Assembly: GCF_006345805.1 (NCBI RefSeq)
Contig: NC_043006.1
Location: 24,304,001-24,368,000 of the forward strand
DNA: 64,000 nucleotides
Reading direction: 5' to 3'
DNA from: Octopus sinensis
Taxonomy: Eukaryota
Each line of letters starts with the position of its first letter. The first letter of the stretch is position 1. Of the stretch, positions 13,752 through 26,138 are shown in pieces. The position numbers and the translations under genes were made by a program. A model generated the notes under the pieces. It was not told where the DNA came from, ran no database searches, and saw only the letters and a program-made list of their open reading frames with translations.

Positions 13752-14352
13752 ATTCCTTTTCATTTAAACATCAAGAAAATTTCTATTTCATTTACATGAA
13801 TGAAATATTTTTGAACAATCCCCATTTATCCAAAATTATGTTTTATATTGGCTCACTATATATGTAGTGCTGTGTCTTTATATTATGATTCTAAGAAGCC
13901 AGTCACACAGAACCATGTTCACCTTGATCTCTGCATTTGTCTAAAACTTTGTCACTTCTTTCCCCTTGTTCTTTCAACCACAGCATCACCATGGCAACAA
14001 GGACGCTCTTTAGAAATACTGGTGAATTGAGGCCATAGCTGTCCGTGTTGATGAAGAACTGTCTTGTTGTAAAGTGTTGAAAAGACTAAATAAATGTGTT
14101 GTAGGATGAAGGGGTAAGAAACGACAAAGTTTTAGACAAATGCAGAGAACAAGGTGGACATGGTTCTGTGAGACTGACTGCTTGGAATCACAGTATAGAC
14201 AAAACACTATGCATGTAGTGAACCAATATAAAACATAATTTTGGACAAATGTTGTGAGTGGTGGTGGAGAAAGAATCTTTCTGAGGATTGTTCAAAAATA
14301 TTTCATTCATGTGAATGAAATGGAAATTTTTTTGATGCTTAAATGGAAATAA
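13752..14352. repeat. Long inverted repeat or foldback (arms about 235-265 bp, spacer about 110 bp)
   Basis: 13752-13985 is the reverse complement of about 14095-14352. The ORF track shows mirror-image peptides (QNHVHLDLCICLKLC on + and QNHVHLVLCICLKLC on -). Confidence 0.9.
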
Positions 14353-14450
14353 GAAGGGACATGACACACACATGCAATCAAAGACTGAAGAGCATACAAA
14401 ATGAGAGAGAAAGAGAGAGAGAGAAGAGAGAGTATGGTGAGAGAACTTAC

Positions 14451-14512
14451 CTTCCGAATGAGGTATCGTTTCTTTTCTTCCTTTTCTTGTTTAGCTTCTT
14501 CTGCTGATTTAT
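14451..14512 (-). CDS. PHACTR: PHACTR inter-RPEL linker exon (62 nt, phase 1/0)
   Basis: Acceptor ctatctcttaaag|AT and donor CGGAAG|gtaagt. Encodes (N)KSAEEAKQEKEEKKRYLIRK. Confidence 0.95.
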
Positions 14513-14989
14513 CTTTAAGAGATAGAAAAAAAAAAGAGGATAAAGATAGGATAGAGAACTCCACAACTAAGTGTAGGCCATAGTAGTTTACCACTGAATG
14601 CCCACAACTGGACACAACAACTCTCTTCATTCTTGAATGTGCCACTGCTGCACTAGCCACGATGCTCTGTTAGCCTTAAATTCATTTTGCCAGCCGAGTA
14701 AACTGGAGCAACATGAAATAAAGTGTTACCTAATGACACACTGTACCTCCCAAACTAGGAATCAAAACCACAATGTTATGAAGAAGAGTCTAAATCTCTA
14801 ACCACTAGGTCAAGTACAGTTTCAAATATAAAGACACACAAAGAACAAAAGTCAAATGTTGATATGAAGAAGTGAGTCAGTGAGTAAAACCTGATTGTAG
14901 TAGAGAGCATGCAGTTTAAGTAGTTAGACAACATAAGTTGAATTTTTTTTCTCATTATGGCATTGGAAACGATGGGAGGTAAGTCTTAC

Positions 14990-15400
14990 GAGGAAAAATT
15001 TGGGAAGATTTGTGATTTTATTTCACCCTCTCATCCTCCAGACTGATTTAGGCCTATTTTTTGGCACTAGGTACTTCAAAATCACTGGGTGAAGCCGTTA
15101 GAGTAGGAAAAAAAATTATGAAAATATTTTGAGGTGAAAAGGTATGTAATTTAGGGGAGATTTAGCTGCTATTTCTTGTTCATTACCAGGTCATCAAAGG
15201 ATGTGCTAGTAACAGTAGCTAAATCTCCCTTAAATCACATACTTTCATTTCAATTCATATTTGTTTTTTCCTACCATAAAGGCATCTCCCATTGGTTTTT
15301 AAGTGCCTAGTGCCCCCAAAATTGGCCTAAATCAGTTTGGGGCAGAGAAGGTGGGTAAAAAAACTATTTGCAAGGCTCTGGGGAAAAAAAAAGGGAAAAA
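14990..15400. mobile_element. Old MITE-like inverted-repeat element with a small internal inverted-repeat insert
   Basis: gactgatttaggcctattttttggcactagg versus cctagtgcccccaaaattggcctaaatcagtt; internal tttaggggagatttagct versus agctaaatctcccttaaa. Confidence 0.55.
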
Positions 15401-16558
15401 TCTCCATCAAAATGGAGAAAATCCAACATATCTGGTGTCCTGATACAAAACCCAGCCCTACAAATGAAATTACAGCTATTGCAAGCATTTCAGACATGGT
15501 TGTATTGTGATCCATTATCTGTAAGGGGCTTAGTTTTGATACATTGGTGTAGGGTATAAAACTGAATCTTCTCTAAATTTAGAGCTTTACAATAAATTTA
15601 ATAATATTCTTGGAGAACTCTGTGGAAGGGGTGGCACACAGTTTGACTATTAAGTAGGTATTAATCACAGAAGTTGTAAGGTGTTGTTTTAGTAGTTTGT
15701 GGAGAGTTTATTGGATTGTTATGTTGTTGTTAGCCTGCTTCATTATGTTTATTGTTACTACATGGTTATAATGTAAACAAGTATCATTATAACAATTGGC
15801 GATAAGGATTCGAAGCTCACGCAGGTCAGTTAACAAATATTTGTGATACAAAGTTGTTAATGATGGAAGACTTATTAGCTTCCATAATACATTTGCAAAA
15901 TCAGCAACAGGAGTTGTAGAAACAACTACTTCAACAACAAGAGAAACAACAACAGTTAATGGAGCTACATCTTAAGAAGTCTGGAAACACTATAAGTTTG
16001 TTTTTGGCACATGATTATAGTGAAAAAAGTATCGTTTTCTCAATAAGGTACTTTATCTCACATTGTTCCAGCACATTCAGCTGAAAACAAGTACCAGTGG
16101 CACTTGGGGTAGCAGGGTTTCAACCTTGCAACAGACTGGCATCTCATTTGGGGTCGTGGGAGTGGATTCTTGTACTCCAGCCTAAACACCTTAAAAATCT
16201 GGAGGAGACCCTATCTGTTGAGGTAAAAACAAATAATGTGATAACATGACCAAAGTATGATAGCACTGTTTAATTAATCAGACTGTACAGGAATCAATCC
16301 AATCTCATGCCAGACATCGATATCACTGACTAAATAGACAGGACTTTTTACAACTTTCAGATATGCTAACAAGAAATACAATCACAATCAACTTCTAATC
16401 AGAAAGGATGGTCACCATGGGAAGACTGCATATAAAATATGAAGATAAAGGTAATGTTAATGGTGAAACAGTCCAACCAAATCACACAAAACAAAAGATG
16501 ATATAGAACTTTTAAAAATGAGCAAAGGGTATAATGAATTGTAAAACCAAGTACTTAC

Positions 16559-16614
16559 TGTGTAAAATATTTCTTTGCTCAAGTTCTTCAGGTGTTGGCC
16601 TCAAACTTAAACGT
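16559..16614 (-). CDS. PHACTR: PHACTR exon encoding the second motif of the RPEL triplet (56 nt, phase 2/1)
   Basis: Acceptor tttgatag|A and donor CACA|gtaagt. Encodes RLSLRPTPEELEQRNILH. Too short for the ORF track; read by hand. Confidence 0.97.
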
Positions 16615-17199
16615 CTATCAAAACAAACAATAAAGAGTATTTTTTTAAAGAGAAACATAAAAATAATCCAATTTTTCTGAAGTACAACAATATCATTTTT
16701 ATTTTTTCAAACAAGCTATGGTTTAATGTTACTTGTACTTTCCTGACTGGAAGGATTAAAGATTAAAAAATGACAACAGTAAGGCATCACTGAACAGATT
16801 TGATGTAATCACTAACACCCAGCTTGTCAGCTCCTGTCTTAAATTCTAAATGTTCACCAATCTGTATGGAAGCCTGTCAGCTGTGTGTGATTGTAATCTC
16901 TTGGACCAGGAAGAGCATGTTTAGGAAACACTACACAACTACTTCTTCAAAATACACATCTCAATCAACTGTAACTCACAAGAGCCTAGAGCTGAAATAT
17001 TTTGAAATATCGAGACCAGGAGTATTATTAACTGCAGAAGAAGCTACTTGCAACAAATAGAGTATGAAGAGAAACTGACAAAAGGATGAAGTTTGGTGCA
17101 GGTTGAAATATATAAAAATCTAATTATTAAAGTGGATAAATTATAAGAAAAGCTATTTCTGTTCATTTTTTCAAAAAAACCATTTCTATTCATTTTTTC

Positions 17200-17400
17200 A
17201 AACAGAACAAAGTTGCAGTTTTACCTTGTATTTCTATATTTCAGAGTGAAGACTCATTCTTCAAGACATTCAGAAGAGCAATGGTTGGAAGAAGTTTGCA
17301 ACAGACTGTTTCCAACCACCACTTTTCTGAATGCCTTGAAGATGGGGGCTTTACCTCAAAATATAGAAATATAAGGTAAAACTGTAACTTTGTTGTGTTT
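17200..17400. repeat. About 200-bp palindrome (100-bp arms, 79/100 ungapped matches, essentially no spacer) with decayed hammerhead cores
   Basis: Hand alignment of 17200-17299 against the reverse complement of 17301-17400. Confidence 0.9.
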
Positions 17401-17506
17401 TCTTTTCATTTTGTAGTGTATTTTGCACCTTCACAGATTGTTTTGACTTTACACATTCTTTAAAGTTATACCTGACAATGCTTCACAAAATCCTCATTTT
17501 AACATA

Positions 17507-19000
17507 TCATATATTAAAAGGCAAGTTGTCTGTCTCACTGTGTGTTGTGTGAACCACTTCTACTCCTACAATTTTCAACTGAATTTCACCAAATTTGACA
17601 TGTGTGCTCTCTTTGACTTAGGACGCTTTTTCTTATAATTTTTTCCTTGAAATTCCGCAACCCCCAAAATAAATAGACTACTTTCAATTTACCTAGGATT
17701 TAGCTTGAGCCAGTGAAACAATGTGACACACACCCAGCTGGAAATAATCAATACTTCACTTTGTTAGCTGTGGCAAGCACTTATCGACTGCTTGCACAGT
17801 ACTGCCAGCAGTAATCATTTGCGAGTTACAATTTGCCTCTGTTTTCTCATGAGCGCTCTTTTTCATATAATTATTCCAACTTAAAACTAGCCACTTCATA
17901 ACTTTTACCCAAAATTAAAAATCCTTGATTCGGTCTGTTTAACATTTTTGCCAAATACATTTTATTATTTTTTGGGTGCTACACATTCACCGCTTGTTCC
18001 TTAGGACTTTTTCTATTGCGTAAACTGATAATTTTCCACCATGCCTCGACGCAAAATCTCCAGTACAGGTTAGCAAATAAATGCTGCAAAGAAAAGTAAA
18101 TGTATGCGTGCAAATGCATCTGCTGAGGATGCTGCCAGGAGGAACTCTCTCAATGCACTTAGGAAGGCTTCAGTGTGAAGAAGAGAAAGTGAAGAGCAGT
18201 GTTGTGATTGGTTAGCACATTTTGGTGTGCAACGAGCAACATTCAGCACACCGAACAAGAAATGCTTCCTCTACTGCTGCTGCATGAGCTTCAGAGACTG
18301 CAGCACAAGGTGCAGTTTGACTTACAAGAGATGCTTCCTTAACTGCTGTTGCATGAGCTGCAGAGACTGCAGTGCAATGCACAGATCGACTTACAAGAGA
18401 TGCAACTGTTTCTGCACGTGCTATGGAGACTACAGGTGAAAGACAACAATGGGTGTTGCTCTATGTGGCAAGCAGGAAAACATCAGGTAACCATACCTGT
18501 GTCACCTTATTTATTTCAGTAGCGTAATCTTCACAGTACGCTCTCCGTTAAGTGACCCCAATTGGGAGGTAGGCAACAGATACTACAGTTTTCATCTTTT
18601 TTGCACAGGCCACACATCAAATTTTTTTGTTCCGATAATGTTGTATGTGCAACCCAGCGAAACAACAGGTAAACATACTATTTCTCTTTATATCATATCT
18701 TTAGGCTCAACCTTTCCATCTGCTAAACAGCACGTGTCAGCAGTTATGTGGTAAGGAAAATAAACTCAATTACTGCCAGTTTTTTACAGATTAACCTACT
18801 GCCCCAATGGAAAACAATGACAATGGTGTGGGCATATGACTCTGCATGTTCACTATTGCGCTAAATAAGTCAAACAACGCAGGGAACATCTGCCATTATG
18901 ATTTCTTTCATTCAGTTTAGAGGTGCATCCGTGAATGGTCTAATAACCAAACAGGCATACTTAACAAACAGCCCCAGGCAATGCCGGGTATGCCTGCTAG
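17507..19000 (+). mobile_element. Non-autonomous Helitron
   Basis: A|TC 5' end. 3' GC-rich hairpin-like ccccaggcaatgccggg, then CTAG|T. Internal decayed ASETAAQ...LTRDA repeats like those in Helitron Rep N-termini. Confidence 0.75.
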
Positions 19001-19136
19001 TATATGTATAAGCAACACTTGCAGCCACCCCAGTGGGGTCCACTCGAATGGACAGCTATGTTGGGGTGGCTGTGAGTGTTGCTTGTCAGTGCAGCTACTG
19101 CATTGATCTGGAGAGATTATGGAGTTGGCATTTTTG

Positions 19137-19220
<84 letters not shown>

Positions 19221-19229
19221 TTATTTATG

Positions 19230-19370
19230 ATAGGCTTCTTTCAATTTCCATCAACCAATTCCACTCACAAGGCTTTGGCTGACCTGAAGCTATAATAGAA
19301 GACACTTGCCCAAGGTGCCATGCTGTGAGACTGAACCTAGAACTACGTATCTGGGAAGCAAGCCTCATAC
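19230..19370 (-). mobile_element. tRNA-derived SINE (family A) fragment
   Basis: ccactcacaaggctttggctgacctgaagctataatagaagacacttgcccaaggtgcc. Confidence 0.75.
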
Positions 19371-19509
19371 ATACATATTTTCATAAAAGATGCAGATATA
19401 AACAGATAGCCATTAACACGTGAACACATACATACATATATGCTGAACTTTTAACCCACTACTAGTGGGCTGAGTGACCTGTCTCTACACTCTGACATTT
19501 GCCCTTCCT

Positions 19510-20505
19510 CTATATAATAATAATAATAAAAAAACATTGTGTACAGTGCTCAGGTGCACTACAACTCATCTAAAGTGTATGTATAATCAGGTGTAGTTTC
19601 GGCGGATTTCGGAAAGCATGAGGGCCTTAAAGGATGCAGTGTCATGGCAGTCAACAACTGACGCATGCAGTTTATTCCATGCTACAGCAACTCTGAGCGT
19701 GAAGAAATGTTTCCGAAAGTCATGGGAGCTGTGTTGTTTTCTGACTTTGTAGGCATGTCCACGTGTGTTAGACACATGAAGATCAAAAAGGTGTTCAGTG
19801 TTGTTGTTGGTGAGGTGGTTGATAACTTTGTGGGTGTTTACCAAGTCCATCGCCAGATGCCGGAGCTTTAGTGAATCCATGCCCAGGGAAACAAGGCGCT
19901 CAGAGTATGGTAGGTGTCTGATAGAGAGTATGCGTTTGGTTGCACGTCTCTGAACAGATTCCAGGAGGTCAATGTTCTGAGCAAGATAGGGGTTCCAAAC
20001 TGATGATGCGAATTCCAAGTGTGGTCGTACCATAGCTGTATACAGTTTTAAATAGATGGCTGGAGAGCGGCTAACAAAAGTCTTGCTGAGTGATGCCAAG
20101 ACACCCTCGGCCTTCTTGACAATTTTAGAGATATGCTTTGTCCAACGCAAAACACTGCTGACAGTGATGCCTAGGTCACGCTCGCAAGAGGATTTCTTGA
20201 TATCAGTGTTGTGGAGGGAGCATGTGTACGCAGGGTTTTTTCTCCCAAAATGCATGGTGGTACACTTGTCCACAGCCAGTTTCAGTTGCCAGTTTGTGAT
20301 CCATTGCTGCATTGTGTCCAGGTCTGATTGCAGGAAAGAGCTGTAGACAACAGGATCTCTCCTCTTGATTTCAAAGTACAGCTTCATGTCGTCTGCATAT
20401 TTCAATACTGTGGCATTCTTTAAATTGGCATTTATGTCATTAATGTATGCCACAAACAAGAGGGGACCAAGGACAGATCCCTGTGGTACACCCGATGACA
20501 TCTCA
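19510..20505 (-). mobile_element. CR1-clade LINE, 5'-truncated, with an uninterrupted 304-aa RT C-terminal ORF (19587-20501)
   Basis: SGVPQGSVLGPLLF, KYADDMKLY, ERDLGI and LESVQRRATK motifs; (ATT)n-like 3' tail. Confidence 0.95.
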
Positions 20506-20624
20506 TATGGTGTAGAATGCTGTCCTAGAACTGTGACTACCTATATCTGATAATTTTATTTACTCTCTGTATGTATTTAACTGTATTGTATCAGCAAATA
20601 AGACTCCAAAGAGGTTGATACATT

Positions 20625-20832
20625 TATCCTTTTGTTACCATATTTCTGTTGAAATACACTGCTTTTTTCTATAAATTTATAAAATAATGAATAATTCAGT
20701 GAAATAACTTTGTTATTAATAAGCTGATGTTTGGAATATAAATTAACACGAAATTTTAATGGGAAGTTTTAATTTAGCTCACTTTAAAACAGGAACAAAA
20801 TGGTTTAAAGCAGGTTGGTATGAAAGGGTTAA
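20625..20832. mobile_element. Older piggyBac-type MITE related to 55631-55850
   Basis: Ends ttatccttttgttacc and ggtatgaaagggttaa; internal similarity to the 55.6-kb copy. Confidence 0.55.
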
Positions 20833-21572
20833 GTACATTGGTGTGTATGTACTGTCTGTATTTAGTGTTTACATATGTACTTATGTCTCATTATATGTGT
20901 TTGTGTGTTTATATATATGCTATGTGTATGTACGTATCCAAAAGTGACACACACACACACACACACTTGAAATGACATCACTATGCTTGTGTTCAAGCAT
21001 TGAAAGAAAAATGACAGTTTCCACAGAGAAATATATAAATTTTAATTACAGTAGGATAATATATATGTATATATACTTGTCTACTTGAAGTCAATGATTC
21101 ACTGAAATATTGCTGAAAGTTTCTTGTCCTGTAATCCTTTTGTTGCACGCAGCAAGCATGTGGAGAACAGCAGAATGAAACATCACTACTCTACTGTGTT
21201 GAGTAATTTAAATCTTTTTCTTTATCCACATGAGAGAGTGTGGGGGAGAGAGAGGGGGAGAGAGAGAGAGTGAGAGAGAGGGGCTGAATTTTGTATTTGA
21301 ATCAAAGAAACACTTTCTAGGAGACATTGTCTTTCTAGCACTTTCCACATACCTACATATGTATCAGGTGCATTTAAATGCACCTGGCACATATGGTATA
21401 AACCTAACATCGTTTTGATATTTTAGCAAGTTGTTAAAAAAAAAAGAAGAAAAAACTTAATAGAACAATATAGATTTAGAAGAGTGAGCAGAAAAAATGG
21501 TAGAAAATAGTGCTTTGAATTTTAACACAATTTAATTTATAAACACATCTCATGTTGGTTATTTATCAATTA

Positions 21573-21599
<27 letters not shown>

Positions 21600-21610
<11 letters not shown>

Positions 21611-21960
21611 TGAGAATGTGCCTGTCTGTATGTATGTATGCATCACTAAAACTCGAGAACTACCCAACCGATTTCATTAAAATATTACACATACCTTACT
21701 TAGGGTCCATGCAGTGTCATGGGCCCAAAAATGCAAAATCAGAGCAATCTCTTATCTCTTACACTGAAAACCAATGGTGTAGCATATAAGACCATAGCGG
21801 ATCTTCTTCTAGGAAAATGGATGTCCACTGTTAATGGTTCATCCCTCTTATATAATAGTTTCACTTTAATAGTTTCAGTATTAAAGTGAAAGCATCTGAC
21901 ATTACACTAGAGAGATGTTTTTGTTTCACTTTTAACACGTAATACTGAAATAGTGGAGAA
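21600..21960 (+). mobile_element. Short non-autonomous Helitron-like repeat (second copy at 56900-57150)
   Basis: Shared tatataaaactgagaatgtg..tgtctg..catcactaaaa..gagaactac..gtccatgcagtgtcatgggcc. Confidence 0.6.
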
Positions 21961-21969
21961 GATATATTT

Positions 21970-22110
21970 CAGTTTCTGTCTACAAAATCCACTCACAAAG
22001 CTTTGTGCAACCAAAGGCTATAGTAGAAGACACTTGCCCAAAGTGTCATGCAGTGAGACTGAACTTGGAACCACATAGTTGGGAAGCAAGCTTTTTACCA
22101 CACGGCCACT
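21970..22110 (-). mobile_element. tRNA-derived SINE (family A) head region
   Basis: ccactcacaaagctttgtgcaaccaaaggctatagtagaagacacttgcccaaag...gcaagctttttaccacacggcca. Confidence 0.75.
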
Positions 22111-22527
22111 CCTGCGCCTATATATACATACACATGCATATATATAAACACAAATATATATACGTATATAAATACATATATAAACATATACACCTACACA
22201 CACACACACACATAGACACATACGTATATTACATATTTATCATCCTTTAATAGGAATTTGCTCCATACATTTCTGTCTTTTATTTAAATGTTATTTATGA
22301 ATCTTTAAATCGTATAGGTATGAAAGTATGTAAAGAAATAATCAATATCAGACTTAATTTATGAAAGAGAGTGCAATAAAGTTCATCAAATAAATGAAAT
22401 GAAGTAGACAGGACCAAATGAAGAGAAAAGGACCACGATTTCCATAAAGAGAAAATCATAAAGGTCAATTTTGTAGGTGAGATTTAAAGGAAAATAAAAT
22501 GAAACAAAAAGATGTTTAAAATATACA

Positions 22528-22760
22528 GAAATTTTTCTTACTTCTCATTATTATTTAGGCATTTGAATCTTCATACTTCCACTCACAATTATTTGTATAT
22601 TCGTAGTTATCTGTACACTTATTTCTATATTCATCACAATTATTTGTATAACCATACTTCCACACACAATTTTTTGAATTGAGTCTCAATTCAAATAATT
22701 GTGAGTGGAAGTATAAATATACAAATACCTAAATAATAATGAGAAGTAAGGAAAAATTCT
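22528..22760. repeat. Complex foldback with internal direct repeats
   Basis: About 68-bp outer inverted arms, a central ttgaattgag-t-ctcaattcaa hairpin, and three cacaattatttg-like direct units. Confidence 0.8.
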
Positions 22761-24310
22761 ATGTATGTATGTATGTATGTGTGTGTGTTTGCATATGTAT
22801 ATATGTATGTATGTATTCTGCATATTCATGTGTGTGTGTACATGTCTGAGTGTGTCTTTGCATATCTCCATATGTGTCCTTGTGAGAAGTGAAGTGTGTG
22901 TGTGTATATGGTCATGTGTTTCAGTCTCCATTTGTGTATGTGTGTTTGTCTGTTCATATAACCTGCGTACCTATCCGTCTGTATGTCTATCTGTTTACTT
23001 TCATATCCATATGCCTACATATATGTGCATATAAATATACACACCCACACATAAATTCATCTATCTACATAACAGCCCACTAACTATTCTGCCTGTACAT
23101 AAACATAAACTTTGGATATGGGGGTGTGATTATCTACTACATATATTTCCTATTTACTACCGGAGACATTTCATTTATGAGGATGTACTCTTGTATTTGT
23201 CTGAGTGTTGGGTCCTTTGAGTGCTTGGATAAAATACAAATGTCAAGTTGACCCAGGTTGCCTCCATGTTGATGCTTGGCATATTGGTAGAGTATGGAGG
23301 ACTGTTTTTTGTTGGGATATTGTCTCAAATGTTCATTTGGTCTTTCTACAATGCTCCTAGATGTCTCCCCTATGTACATCATGTTCATGTCTTTACAAGC
23401 ACCTTCTATGCATCTTATGCTATAAACTACATTTCGAGTTCTACAGCTAATGCCAGGGCTAATCCTACATGCCATGCATTTATCATTGGTGCATATGGTA
23501 TTCTCAAAAGGGTATGTCCTACATAGTTGTGATCTGATGGAGTTCCCTGGCTTTTCAACAATCTTAATGTTAAGTTTGGTCTCCTTCAGAGCTTTCCTAA
23601 ATCTACAGACTAGTTCTCCATGGGCTGTGACCACTACAAACATCACTCCTTGATATTTGTCGGTTTGATACCATGTGTTTGCCCTTTTTGCTTATTTTTT
23701 GCTCTTTGTATCCTATTCCATTCTTTGTTTCTATATGTAGGGCAGGTACCACTGATATCATTACGTATAATGTTGTCTAATTTCTTTCTAGCCCCCCTGT
23801 ATACTCGAACACTATCTTTCTGATCATATCCAGAGAACTGCATGCAGTGCATGAAGTTCTGTACATGTTTCTTCGTTTCATAGGGTTTGCATAGTGGGGA
23901 CACATTTATTATCCTAAGTCTGCTATCAGTATGTTAATTTTCATGTTGTGTGACAAAGCTGAGTTCTTGTGAACAACATATTTCGAAGCTATGGCTTTCA
24001 TGCAACAGGAGTGGATGAGCTGCACTCTGTTGTTCACAGTCTCTAACCAAAGATCAGTATCAAGGACAGGGAGTCTGTTGTTGGGGTGTCTAGTAGGGTA
24101 ATCTATAGTTACCTTGATACTTTGGTGGATGGAGTTAGCTACTTGCTGGATGCTCTCCATTATGTTCCTCTCAGTTTCTACATCACCGTTACTAGAGTTG
24201 GTCTTAACTATGATATCAATGTCATCTACATACCTACTGTAAAGTAGAACAGTTGTGGACTGTTCTTTTAAGGATTGCTTAAGTTTTCTGTCCCACCAGG
24301 TCATAAAGAA
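22761..24310 (-). mobile_element. Penelope-like element fragment (RT C-terminus, GIY-YIG endonuclease and TG-rich terminal region)
   Basis: YSRYVDDIDII and LPVLD in ORF 23909-24304. VVYSIRC...YIGETSRSIVER.NEH in ORF 23137-23646. Confidence 0.9.
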
Positions 24311-24615
24311 GCCGTACCTTGAACTTGCAAGTATAGTTTCTTGTTAAACTTTACTATGTGGTTTTTGAAGGCGGTTCTTACACTAGCCCCTATTGCATGT
24401 GCAATCATTCCTTTCACCTGATCGTTGTTCTCAGGGTCTTGGGTAGGTATAGTCCACCCACTTCAGTGCTCTGTGGTGGACAGATTCAACAACTATTGAA
24501 AAGGTTACAAGATGCAACGGAAATTTTACTGGTGAGTGTGTTAAATTATAAGGCACTAAAAGAGAATGACTCTCCCCAGACACAACAGAATATATACACA
24601 TACACACATATATAC

Positions 24616-24668
<53 letters not shown>

Positions 24669-24671
<3 letters not shown>

Positions 24672-24995
24672 ACCCCCTTCGGTCATGAGTGACCATGGGT
24701 TTGCACCTAGAGAGTTTGCACCTCTGAGGCACAAGTCTGGGCAAGGTTGTTTTATGGAAGACCAGTAGTCGCCCATGCATACCGGCCTCCCCTCTCCACG
24801 CCACCAGTGTTATCCAAGGGAAAGACAAAGGTCGATACAGCTTGGCACCTGTGACGTCGCAACTCATTTCTACAGCTGAGTGAACTGGAGCAACGTGAAA
24901 TAAAGTGTCTTGCTCAAGAACACAACATGCAGCCCGGTCCGGGATTCGAGCTCACAACCTCACGATCGTAAGCTTGACGCTCTAACCACTGAGCC
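24669..24995 (-). mobile_element. Near full-length tRNA-derived SINE (family B)
   Basis: Head GGCTCAGTGGTTAGAGCG (A box) and GCTCGAATCCC (B box), followed by tgtgttcttgagcaagacactttatttcacgttgctccagttcactcagctg. Confidence 0.9.
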
Positions 24996-25135
24996 ATATA
25001 TATATATGGGCCTGGTGCAGCCTTCTGGCTTCCCAGACCCCAGTTGAACCGTCCAACCCATGTTAGCATGGAAAGTGGACGATAAACAATGATGATGATA
25101 TATGTGCATATATACATACATACATATAAATATAC

Positions 25136-25175
<40 letters not shown>

Positions 25176-25289
25176 CATACACATATGTACAAATATATAC
25201 ATACACATATGTACAAATATATACATACATATGAACAAATATATATACATATGTATACACACACACACATATACATTCTATCTCTGCTT

Positions 25290-25425
25290 ATTTCAATATG
25301 TTCCTTTCTGATGACGTGTGTAGGCTTGAAACATAAAAGACTTTCTCACCTTCCTGAGCATCAAACTAATACACCTGCTTTTTGTTTATACACCTGTCTT
25401 CATCTTTTGCTTTTCTGTAAATTTC
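25290..25425 (+). mobile_element. Penelope-like terminal-repeat relic with a decayed hammerhead motif
   Basis: CTTT-CTGATGA-cgtgtgtaggctt-GAAAC-ATA-AAAG. A related fragment lies inverted at 35411-35500. Adjacent to (TA)n. Confidence 0.5.
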
Positions 25426-25469
<44 letters not shown>

Positions 25470-25538
25470 AAATTAAATATTGCAATACAAATGCATTACA
25501 TTCCAGTCAAATAAAGCTCCGTAAATGTAGAAGTATAA

Positions 25539-26138
25539 ATATAGAATAATGGTACAACAAGGCACCAATGTTTACTGGAAATAGCAGTCGATATAAATAC
25601 AACGCTATAGTAAAGCTTCACTGTATATATACTGGCAAAGTTCTGTGTAGGCAGCAAACATAAAATTTTCGTCTTACCTTAAGGAAAAATATTAGATAAA
25701 TGGACAGCCCAGAATCGGATAATTTAGTATCTAGGTTTCTGACTCTTCAAATACGTTTGTTATCGTAAATTTGATTAGTCTTCTTCATCTAGATTTACCT
25801 GGACAATGTTTCACTGTTCTTGGTACTGTTAATGGCTAGGTGTTCAGGTAAGTATAATGGCACTGATGTAGCAACATTTGAAATAATATCCAGGTAAATC
25901 TAGCTGAAGAAGACTAATCAAATTTATGATAACAAACGTATTAGAAGAGTCCGAAATCTAGGCACTAGATCATCTGATTCTGGGTTGTCCATTTATCTAA
26001 TGTTCTTCCCAGAGGTAAGATCAAATTTTTATGTTCGATGCCTGCACACATCTTTGCCAGTATAGTGAAGATTTACTGTAGTATTGTAAAATTATCGACT
26101 GCTATTTCCAGTAAACATTGGTGCCTTGTTGTACCATT

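Noticed and set aside
24920-24995. tRNA-like A and B boxes here and in the other SINE heads
   Set aside because: They continue into shared repeat bodies and do not form a complete cloverleaf, so they are SINE heads rather than tRNA genes.
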